Source of the DNA: an uncultured Planctomycetales bacterium
GTDB taxonomy: Bacteria; Omnitrophota; Gorgyraeia; Zapsychrales; JANLHA01
Assembly (NCBI GenBank): GCA_964400065.1
Contig: CAYNSM010000001.1
Span: forward strand, 16,685-80,684
Reading direction: 5' to 3'
DNA: 64,000 nt
The position numbers were made by a program, and so were the translations under genes. Shown in pieces: positions 57,801 through 64,000 of this stretch (the stretch's first letter is position 1; each line of letters begins with the position of its first letter). The notes under the pieces were generated by a model that was not told the origin of the DNA, did not search any database, and saw only the letters and a list, made by a program, of their open reading frames with translations.

Positions 57801-60536
57801 ATTACCGACTTCCTTCAAGACCCCTTTAGCATTTTGATAAATTTGACGATATACAGCCTTTTGATCTTGAGGGTTCATCCCTTTAGCTTTCTGAAAATCC
57901 TTTTGCAAATTAAGAAAAATCTGAAAATTGTGTTCCAAAGACTCTGCCGCAGATTGCATTTGCTCTGTGCTCCTAATCAATGCTTTCGCGTTTGCAATAT
58001 TACCTTCAACGGAAACTTGAATATTTCTTAAATTCTGGCTTACATCGGGATGTCCCTCCAGGAGAGGTTCTTTACGCAACTCTTTAATCGTCGCTAAGAT
58101 ATCACTTAAAGTGTTAACCATGCCTTGAGCTTGCTCGCTATTATATTGATTGGGAAGCGCATTACTCTTATCAATCAATTTTATCAACACCCCTTCTGCA
58201 GCATAAATTCTTCCAATGTCTTGCGGAGTATACCCAACAATAGATTGCAAATTACCTTTTACTGTCGCATCAACATCGCTATAGTTGGCAGTGACTGCCC
58301 CATTAACAATTTGCCGCGCCCTAACCACCTTGTGCCCGACATTTTCATTCAATTTGCGTTCGTATCCTTGCGAATTATCAGAAAGCCAAACATCTCCATC
58401 ACCGAATTTAAGCATAGGCGTCACATGCCCAGCAGGTTCTTGTTTTTGATTTACAAAATTCCTTATAACCGGAACTACTGAAACATCATAGGGACCTTTA
58501 AAAATCCCTAAATCGCCAAGAATCATAATGCGCAACTCCGCTTCATTACCGCAAATAAATGTTTTTGGATTTTCTTTGTCATTGCCATATTGATAGCGGA
58601 GATTTCCAATAAATACATTTCTCCAATTATCAGGCCATAATTCCCTTGAGATATTCCCAAAAAATTTAGAATTTTTCCTAATTTCCTCGAGGGCCTTATG
58701 ATCATAGACTGCACTTGCTTTGATCCAAGACTGAACCCAACGGGCTGCTGATTTTTGTAATGCCCCCAATTTAATATTATCGCTAGAGATCTTTTGGGCC
58801 TCACGTTGTAATCTAGCCCTGACCTCATCAAAACTTTTGGCCCCATTAAGAAAACTAATCAATCCGTCCGTCGTTATCTGTCCGCCGTTTTTTTGTGCAA
58901 ATTCTTGAAGCATTTTATCTAAATTGATATTCAATTCATTTTTTGCACCATTCGTATCTAACTTTCGTCCTCTATAATTCTGTTCCGCAACATAAGCATT
59001 CGCAAAATCAAGGGAAACCGCAGGAACATCGAATGAAGCAAAACTCAAAGCAAGAACGGCAGCAAAAGCAGAAAGCAATTTTGTTAACTTCTCTTTCCCG
59101 CTAGCGACAACATCCGTGACTCCACTCGAGGAAGCATCAATTTGCGCTTGCGCGGCGGCCACAGCGCCTAATGCCGGGCCCTCTGCTTCAGTTAAAATCC
59201 GAACTATAAATGGTAAAATCGGCCCACTTTCTTGCAATACTCTTTCTATGCCCTCATCATTAATAGGCGTTATCTTTAAATCAAAATCCTTCCAGCCGGC
59301 TACAGATGAACCTTCTACAATTTGAATCCCACCACTAAAATACTTTCTCGGGATAAGGTCGCCGTTTTCGTCGGCTTCTTCCTTAATCAAGTTGTACGCG
59401 CCTTTTTTAAAGGCGGCTAAATATTGCTCGTAAATTCGCTGTTTCATCTCTTTGTCGTCGGTTTCAACGCCGGCGACTTTGCCTTTATCGGTATAAATTT
59501 TGCCCAGCAAACTTTCTTTGAGGGCTTTTTTGTACCACGCGGCTAAGATGACCGAGTTGTAAATCTGACGCACGTCGGCAAAATCTTTTCCTTCGTTGAC
59601 CGCTTTTTCGATGGTGGGAAGGATGGTGGAACGGAAAATTTCGGACGAGAGGTTGGATTTCAGAACTCCCCCTTCCCCCTCTTTATCTAAAGAGTGGGTT
59701 ACTAGAAAATTTTCTTTATTTGAAGAAGGGGTTACCCCACTCTCCCCCTCTTTATCTAAAGAGGGGGTTAGTTGGGTGTCGCTCTGTTTATCTAAAGATG
59801 GGGTTGCTAGAGCATCTCTGCTCTCCCCCTCTTTTTTAAAGAGGGGGTTGGGGGGAGTTAAGTCCTCCGCCAGCATGACCTTCAAACGCTTTTCGCCAAC
59901 CAAGACGATGCCGTTGCTTTCTAACACTTCGGCTTTAGCAGGCATAATCCAGACCTTGTTAAAGTCGCTAGACATTGGAGGCTGGACACTGGTGGTTGAG
60001 TTTTTCTCTAGCGTCAAACGTCCAGCATCTAACGTCCTTACCCCATTAACCTGATCCCAATATTTCTTACCTAAATCCGTTTCCGGATTGGTGAGTGATG
60101 CGGCCAATTGTTTCAAAACATAATCCTGCTCGAGCATGGTCTTGCCCATCGTCGTCTGCCCCAAAACGTCGGGAATGATTCTGTCTTTTTCGGTCGGAGA
60201 AAGATTGACCCAAACTTCCTTATCTGGAATCGTTAATGCGGCGAGAAAATATTTAACGAGCTTTGTTGTTTCACTTTTAAGTTCGTCAGTCGAAAGTTTC
60301 GACTGACCTTGATCGACGATAAAATCAAACAAAAGCGGGTTTTCAGGATGAATTTTAAGGCCGAGCAAAACTGGCGGTTGATAACCAGCGGCAAGACTTA
60401 CCGGGTTATTTAAAACTGGTAACACCTGTGCGCCAGCCGGAGCAACGATAAGCGAAGTTAGAAAAGTTAGTGCAATAAAACTGCTGATAACTTTTTTACA
60501 AAACGTTAGACTATCGCGATTAAAGAGAACCTGCAT
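54831..60536 (-). CDS. giant secreted protein B (1901 aa)
   Basis: AAGGAGGA RBS. Signal peptide. Same N-terminal domain as gene A. Expanded SLDKEGE repeat block. C-terminal GGIDFDP...PIFLG region. Confidence 0.8.
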   Translation of the reverse strand: MQVLFNRDSLTFCKKVISSFIALTFLTSLIVAPAGAQVLPVLNNPVSLAAGYQPPVLLGLKIHPENPLLFDFIVDQGQSKLSTDELKSETTKLVKYFLAALTIPDKEVWVNLSPTEKDRIIPDVLGQTTMGKTMLEQDYVLKQLAASLTNPETDLGKKYWDQVNGVRTLDAGRLTLEKNSTTSVQPPMSSDFNKVWIMPAKAEVLESNGIVLVGEKRLKVMLAEDLTPPNPLFKKEGESRDALATPSLDKQSDTQLTPSLDKEGESGVTPSSNKENFLVTHSLDKEGEGGVLKSNLSSEIFRSTILPTIEKAVNEGKDFADVRQIYNSVILAAWYKKALKESLLGKIYTDKGKVAGVETDDKEMKQRIYEQYLAAFKKGAYNLIKEEADENGDLIPRKYFSGGIQIVEGSSVAGWKDFDLKITPINDEGIERVLQESGPILPFIVRILTEAEGPALGAVAAAQAQIDASSSGVTDVVASGKEKLTKLLSAFAAVLALSFASFDVPAVSLDFANAYVAEQNYRGRKLDTNGAKNELNINLDKMLQEFAQKNGGQITTDGLISFLNGAKSFDEVRARLQREAQKISSDNIKLGALQKSAARWVQSWIKASAVYDHKALEEIRKNSKFFGNISRELWPDNWRNVFIGNLRYQYGNDKENPKTFICGNEAELRIMILGDLGIFKGPYDVSVVPVIRNFVNQKQEPAGHVTPMLKFGDGDVWLSDNSQGYERKLNENVGHKVVRARQIVNGAVTANYSDVDATVKGNLQSIVGYTPQDIGRIYAAEGVLIKLIDKSNALPNQYNSEQAQGMVNTLSDILATIKELRKEPLLEGHPDVSQNLRNIQVSVEGNIANAKALIRSTEQMQSAAESLEHNFQIFLNLQKDFQKAKGMNPQDQKAVYRQIYQNAKGVLKEVGNLPNIVKLRTISKITRSDGSVDQSTQEVTPRTLGKEIENLIKSLPPDSKSASSGIAVTLPKDQELTSAEFEEGVLSSLISVGTKIVSFTYWASANEQSISTKTKIEKIDREKGKIKFEGYALMSLDKIISVTLAASSALDEERAQLVGKTFNVQKEIVHAVSLLQGGDSVTVTYKHFDGSKETTESPTGSIIEINGQTIGKKDRVIDGTTIVRVKVPSLEEDAYDIKGFTVQNILSITIDSLASSAVGEIKVLAESIQQLRDNPGDADIAAIAKIVHMATTLANSPDEIVIKAFGSRNPGILNYFSRTLASHPVIDISRVVRLIEEAAQSGQLKGDALTELQEAVGTLKAIAMSTDVPAQVNPVNFTGKKISGQQLISLLDALVQQPKTQSGMIKLIATLANPTPSHTGLGFEITADVEFQILKRVIAANDPSIGAAILNTTQAREKVADMVIDLSSLEQVIGSSEFISAKDRLKDWADFQAAQNLLSDAATEYEKSQKPIEPSPSIASKLSNEEQIVSDLRQGTIEVENRLHENWQRLIGKQPGYERYGSQYVRYHRILENFQNREQVSTRDLIEALVYFTQFNDGQVVTKDDLIDLFHTAWILNTSIFSYLEGYGETYPFKYGDKWELIGLRKQIEAVLIALDRNSLGANYRDNKTLFGPAADKVMPVIDATKAGKKIDVDIPPAASSTVDVQDVEADKRMFWVDKFWRALHSRKRNIPGMYDLGKENLVKIAQIGDLRWVGIYDQNENRWFELVVDSDDKPLAYGASMIPVQSDTDSIFLTFNVLRDVQTRRVALGKDKINSWDILHGRMDILKTITGRKSFIVQGKQIFGREAIERTAVIFYWKHGFRFINPINPLVRDLIEVMEKGERLADYQINALAHSGSMIYELPDVSSAPANSSSAPTVEGDFTKGGIDFDPTNMNLQIKRDGKGVPLPLPQQNLEQINIQGLFPVIINITPINAQTLPIFLGQAPKEPAREPELAANSAG
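59675..59847 (-). repeat. in-frame palindromic repeat units in giant gene B (4 units, 2 perfect)
   Basis: Units at 59675-59698 (1 mismatch), 59744-59767 (perfect), about 59784-59803 (degenerate) and 59825-59847 (perfect). Confidence 0.85.
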
Positions 60537-60645
60537 AGAGTTTTTCCTCCTTAAGGGAAGTAATACTAATAAGTATTGTCAAAGGAAAATTAAAAAAGAC
60601 GAAAAATACAGATAAGGTACACAGCTAAAATATACAAGCAAAGCC

Positions 60646-60667
60646 CTCAAAAGGCAAATTTATTTTC
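60646..60667 (-). terminator. weak putative terminator after greA
   Basis: GGCAA-N12-TTGCC followed by UUUU on the minus-strand RNA. Short stem. Confidence 0.25.
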
Positions 60668-60679
60668 GCTTGCCAAATT

Positions 60680-61159
60680 TTACAGCGGGCGTTCAATTTT
60701 GAGGATTTTATAATGCAGAATGCCGGCCGGGACCTTGATTTCAACCGATTCGCCGACTTTGTGACCTAAAAGTCCCTTACCAATCGGAGAAAAAATAGAA
60801 ATCTTACTTTCTTCATAACTGGCTTCCTCAGGGGAAACCATCAAATATTTCATCTGCTCACCGGACTTGACATCTTTAAGCGAAACCAAAGCACCAATTA
60901 AAACTTTGTCGGAAGCGATATTTTGATCTTCGATAATGCGAACATTAGCCAACTTGGCCTCGAGCTCCGCGATACGCGATTCACAATGCGCTTGCGCGTC
61001 TTTAGCCGCGTCATATTCGGCGTTTTCAGAAATGTCCCCCATCAGCCGCGCTTCGCCAATGGCCTTCGAAATCCGATAGCGTTCTGTCGTTTTTAAATGC
61101 TCCAAATCCAAGCGCAGTTTTTCAAAACCGGCGCGCGTCAAATACACTTCTTGTCCCAT
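60680..61159 (-). CDS. greA: transcription elongation factor GreA
   Basis: N-terminal coiled-coil with acidic tip (ISENAEYDAAK) and a C-terminal FKBP-like domain. AAGGAG RBS. Confidence 0.9.
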   Translation of the reverse strand: MGQEVYLTRAGFEKLRLDLEHLKTTERYRISKAIGEARLMGDISENAEYDAAKDAQAHCESRIAELEAKLANVRIIEDQNIASDKVLIGALVSLKDVKSGEQMKYLMVSPEEASYEESKISIFSPIGKGLLGHKVGESVEIKVPAGILHYKILKIERPL

Positions 61160-61215
61160 GAGAACTCCTTAAAAGATTGCCAAATTTCTACAATAAATTT
61201 ACACAATGCCTACCC

Positions 61216-61314
61216 GACGGCTGCACCGCTAGACTCAATTATCGGATTCATACTGTGGCGGCTGCGCCACAATTAATAAAAGAGTTCATCCTGTGACGGC
61301 TGCACCATCACAGG
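61216..61314 (-). promoter_or_regulatory. greA leader: three GACGGCTGCACC-type motifs about 40 nt apart, two inside 7-bp hairpins
   Basis: Cores at 61216-27, 61257-68 and 61295-306. Hairpins TGTGGCG-gctg-CGCCACA and CCTGTGA-N11-TCACAGG. On the RNA the latter is followed by a U-rich run. Confidence 0.5.
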
Positions 61315-61356
61315 ATGCCACCTCTCGCAATGTAGCAGAATAAAAGGCTCGAGGCG

Positions 61357-61590
61357 TCACATACTCTCAATAGCTTTCATGATAAGCGGGGCCACTTCTT
61401 GGGCTTCCGTCTTATTCATGCGGCCTAACTTGGCAAAACGCCAATCATTGTTTTGGTCCCGATTTTCACGAGAAAGCTGTAATTTCTTTTCGCCATTGTT
61501 ATACGAAAAAACCCCGACCGTCACACGGCTTTCGCCAAACTCTTTAGTCACCTTAAAAATTTCTTTGTCGAGCGTTGCATCATACGGCAT
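61357..61590 (-). CDS. PC4/YdbC-like small ssDNA-binding family protein
   Basis: 77 aa. SYNNGEKKLQLSRE...WRFAKLGRMNKTEAQEV resembles a bacterial PC4-like fold. Tentative. Confidence 0.45.
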   Translation of the reverse strand: MPYDATLDKEIFKVTKEFGESRVTVGVFSYNNGEKKLQLSRENRDQNNDWRFAKLGRMNKTEAQEVAPLIMKAIESM

Positions 61591-61673
61591 GTGTGTCCTC
61601 CTTATAAGAGCGGGGTAGTTTGATTAATAAAACCTCCGTTGACTAACAACAGAGGCTGGCAAAAATCTTTAAA

Positions 61674-61958
61674 TTACTTTAAACCCGGCATCGCGGCCAT
61701 CATTTTTTGTGCGGCCACCTGCTGGACTTTTCTTGTCGCAACATTAAGACTGCGCATCAAATCAGCTTCCAAACGCTTTTTGTTCGTCGGAACAAGAAAA
61801 GTCTCGTCAATATCAATGCCACGAATTTCCTGAGAGCCGGTAATCGAAATTTTGATACCCTTAACATCAGTTATTTCCAAAGTCACCGCGTCCAACTCTT
61901 TTTTCAGCCGATCCGCTTGACCTTTCATCTCCATCAACTGTTTCATTTTGTCGAACAT
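61674..61958 (-). CDS. ybaB: nucleoid-associated protein YbaB/EbfC
   Basis: MFDKMKQLMEMKGQ...ITGSQEI YbaB signature. Confidence 0.85.
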   Translation of the reverse strand: MFDKMKQLMEMKGQADRLKKELDAVTLEITDVKGIKISITGSQEIRGIDIDETFLVPTNKKRLEADLMRSLNVATRKVQQVAAQKMMAAMPGLK

Positions 61959-62052
61959 TCAATATCTCCTTAATCACAGGTAAAAGAATATACACAAGCA
62001 ATATATTTGAATCTTATACACAAAAACTTTCGCTTATGCAAGATTTAAAAAT

Positions 62053-62343
62053 TCACAATCGATTGGCAATGTCATAAAGCGTAGCCACCAAAAAAGATTT
62101 CAGCGCAAAAATCACCAAAAAAGCCACAATCGGCGAAATGTCAATGGCTAAAACCGGCAAAAAACGGCGTATCGGCTCTAAAATCGGTTCGGTCGCCTGA
62201 TGCAAAAGCACAACAATCGGATTACCCGGGTCCGGATTGACCCAACTAATAAGCGCACGGACCACAATCAGCCAATACAAAATCGTTAAAATAATATTAA
62301 CAATTTGCGCCAGAGTAATAAGAAGATTCGCCAAAATAAACAT
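62053..62343 (-). CDS. yggT: YggT-family membrane protein
   Basis: Two-helix small membrane protein with a WVNPDP motif. Confidence 0.8.
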   Translation of the reverse strand: MFILANLLITLAQIVNIILTILYWLIVVRALISWVNPDPGNPIVVLLHQATEPILEPIRRFLPVLAIDISPIVAFLVIFALKSFLVATLYDIANRL

Positions 62344-62361
62344 ATCCTTACAAACTTTCGG

Positions 62362-62958
62362 TTAAAAGATTTTAAATAAATTTCCGTCGATAACTCTTTG
62401 TTCAACGCGATTTAACAGACGTTTTGTCGAGCCCGAAACATCCTTGATTTCGCGGATCATGTCATTGATCGACCGGGATGTTTGCAAAAGCGACCCGGCC
62501 GCATCGCCAAAGGTCTCGGTCAAATTTTGCACATCCAGCGGATCAACGCCAATAACCGTCCTCGTTAAATCCGTACGCCTAAATCCCGGCGAAGTTGTAA
62601 TCTCAACGACTTTTTCGCCCAAAACTCCCTCGGTAATAATCGCGAATTTAACACTTTTCAAAAGCTGTTTTTGATATTTTGAATACAAGTTAAGCTTAAC
62701 TTCGACGTCCCGACCGGCTATTTCCTGATCCAAAAACCCGATATCCTTGACCGTCCCAACTGTCACACCCGAAAGCCGCACCGGAGCACCGACGGAAAGA
62801 CCGCCTACTTTACTAAAAACCACATCCATTTGGAATTTAGGTTGAGTCAATCCTTTTTCAACGCCAATGATAAAAATCACAACACCAATAACGCCTAAGC
62901 ACATGATAAAAAACAAACCGGCGACAAATTTCTTAACAAAATCATTTTGTTCCATCAT
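62362..62958 (-). CDS. mlaD: MCE-domain protein MlaD
   Basis: N-terminal TM anchor plus MCE domain. Confidence 0.8.
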   Translation of the reverse strand: MMEQNDFVKKFVAGLFFIMCLGVIGVVIFIIGVEKGLTQPKFQMDVVFSKVGGLSVGAPVRLSGVTVGTVKDIGFLDQEIAGRDVEVKLNLYSKYQKQLLKSVKFAIITEGVLGEKVVEITTSPGFRRTDLTRTVIGVDPLDVQNLTETFGDAAGSLLQTSRSINDMIREIKDVSGSTKRLLNRVEQRVIDGNLFKIF

Positions 62959-62979
62959 AAGGAAAACTCCCTAATCAGT

Positions 62980-63696
62980 TTAATTTAAAAATTCCTGCAA
63001 ATACGAATCCTTCGACGAACGAAATTGCTCCGGCGTACCTTCTGCCACAATTTTGCCTTCACGGATCAAAAGCAGTCGATCGGCAATACGCAAAGAATTA
63101 AAAATGTCATGCGACGCAATCACAGTCGTGCATTTAAGCTTGCGCGCGAGCGTGTTAATTAAATCCATAATACTACGACTTTTGATCGGATCAAGCCCGG
63201 AAGTCGGTTCATCGCAAAACAAAATTTTGGAATCCAAAATAACCGCCCGCGCCAAGGCCGCACGCTTTTGCATACCGCCGCTTAATTGCGAGGGAAATTT
63301 TCCTTCTGCCCCCCCAAGCCCAACCAAATTAAGCATATCCGTAACTTTGCTGACAACTTCCTTTTGTTTTAAACCCGTATGCTCGCGCAAAGGAAAAGCC
63401 GCATTTTCAAAAACCGTCATAAAATCATATAACGCACCGTCCTGAAAAAGATATCCCATGTCTTTTCGCACACCCAAAAGCTGACGTTCGGTTAATCGTG
63501 TAATATCAAGATCGTCAATCTCAACGCTACCGCTATCAGGACGCAAAAGACCGATCAAGTGCTGCAGCAAAACGCTTTTGCCCGAGCCACTTTCGCCTAA
63601 AATCACCAACAGTTCCCCGGGCTTCATCGAAAAATTGATATCCGAGAGAACCGTTTGGCTTCCAAACTTTTTAAAAAGCTTTTTTACTTTTATCAT
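62980..63696 (-). CDS. mlaF: ABC ATPase MlaF
   Basis: Walker A GESGSGKS, signature LSGGMQKR and Walker B ILFCDEPTSGLD. Start at MIKVKK. Confidence 0.85.
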   Translation of the reverse strand: MIKVKKLFKKFGSQTVLSDINFSMKPGELLVILGESGSGKSVLLQHLIGLLRPDSGSVEIDDLDITRLTERQLLGVRKDMGYLFQDGALYDFMTVFENAAFPLREHTGLKQKEVVSKVTDMLNLVGLGGAEGKFPSQLSGGMQKRAALARAVILDSKILFCDEPTSGLDPIKSRSIMDLINTLARKLKCTTVIASHDIFNSLRIADRLLLIREGKIVAEGTPEQFRSSKDSYLQEFLN

Positions 63697-64000
63697 CGGG
63701 CGCTTTAGTTTCAAAAACACGAAATTTGTTATTATCAAATTTTGTATAAATCCGCTCGTAGGGCCGGACATCGACGGTTTGCAAATAAAACGGCACGTCC
63801 CGATAAACCCCCAGAGGCATGACTTCCGAATCCATCAAAATATCCACCGTATCCCGTGGATACCACAGTTCCCCTTCAAATTCAATCGGCTCGCCATTGC
63901 GTATCCACGCAGGTTCCGGACTAATGACTTTATAAACCGTCATCCCCATGTCGTGCCCCGACGCAGAAAAGCAACCGCTGCTAAAACCTACGGCAAACAA
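63671..64000 (-). CDS. hypothetical protein, possibly N-truncated at window edge
   Basis: ORF abutting the window end. No motifs. Overlaps the mlaF start region. Confidence 0.25.
   Translation of the reverse strand: MFAVGFSSGCFSASGHDMGMTVYKVISPEPAWIRNGEPIEFEGELWYPRDTVDILMDSEVMPLGVYRDVPFYLQTVDVRPYERIYTKFDNNKFRVFETKAPDDKSKKAF

Noticed and set aside
54010-59880. Near-identical about 250-nt blocks in the two giant genes, considered as a diversity-generating retroelement TR/VR pair
   Set aside because: The differences between the two blocks are mixed-base and concentrated at third codon positions rather than adenine-specific. No reverse transcriptase is present in the window. The interpretation is paralogy or gene conversion.
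61216-61306. Three about 40-nt-spaced repeats, considered as a mini-CRISPR array
   Set aside because: The repeated core is only 12 nt, the flanks are not conserved as a full repeat, there are only three units, and no cas genes are nearby.
61337-61352. Palindrome GCCTCGAGGC after the PC4-like gene, considered as a terminator
   Set aside because: The stem is too short and there is no proper loop. The U-run is present but the structure is weak.

Overview
This is a compact window from a Gram-negative-type bacterial genome, mostly minus-strand, with many 4-nt start/stop overlaps. I found no rRNA, tRNA, CRISPR array, integrase or transposase. The main contents, in order, are below.

- **Sensing and kinases (1-2854).** A 3'-truncated FHA-GAF sensor histidine kinase sits next to a Hanks Ser/Thr kinase.
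- **Type IV filament operon (2823-8687).** PilB/GspE ATPase, PilC/GspF platform and five prepilin-type (pseudo)pilins. Two unusual response regulators follow: one REC + pseudo-REC protein and one HTH-REC protein.
- **AT-rich islet (10.0-10.9 kb).** It carries a transglutaminase-like gene.
- **Housekeeping.** rdgB, rph, queDCEF, murI, an amidase, gap, rlmB, greA, ybaB, yggT and mlaFD.
- **Tandem GalT paralogs.** A GalT-family gene pair in which the second copy has lost the catalytic His.
- **Orphan phosphorelay parts.** Several orphan REC proteins, an Hpt protein and a PAS hybrid histidine kinase.
- **Envelope proteins.** Three AsmA/DUF748 giant envelope proteins, an ABC-F ATPase and a TPR membrane protein.
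- **Sugar-modification cluster.** A GT2 glycosyltransferase, a hexapeptide acetyltransferase and a Gfo/Idh/MocA dehydrogenase.

The most unusual locus is 50.8-60.5 kb. It holds two tandem paralogous giant secreted proteins of 1322 and 1901 aa from an unrecognised family. They share a ~450-aa N-terminal domain and a near-identical nucleotide block. Both carry in-frame tandem repeats whose DNA units are perfect 10-bp-stem palindromes (CCCCCTCTTT-N3/4-AAAGAGGGGG) kept in different reading frames.

Other noteworthy sequence features are a GNRA-hairpin element between queF and rph, a triplicated GGAGGCT unit upstream of murI, and three spaced GACGGCTGCACC-type motifs with hairpins in the greA leader.
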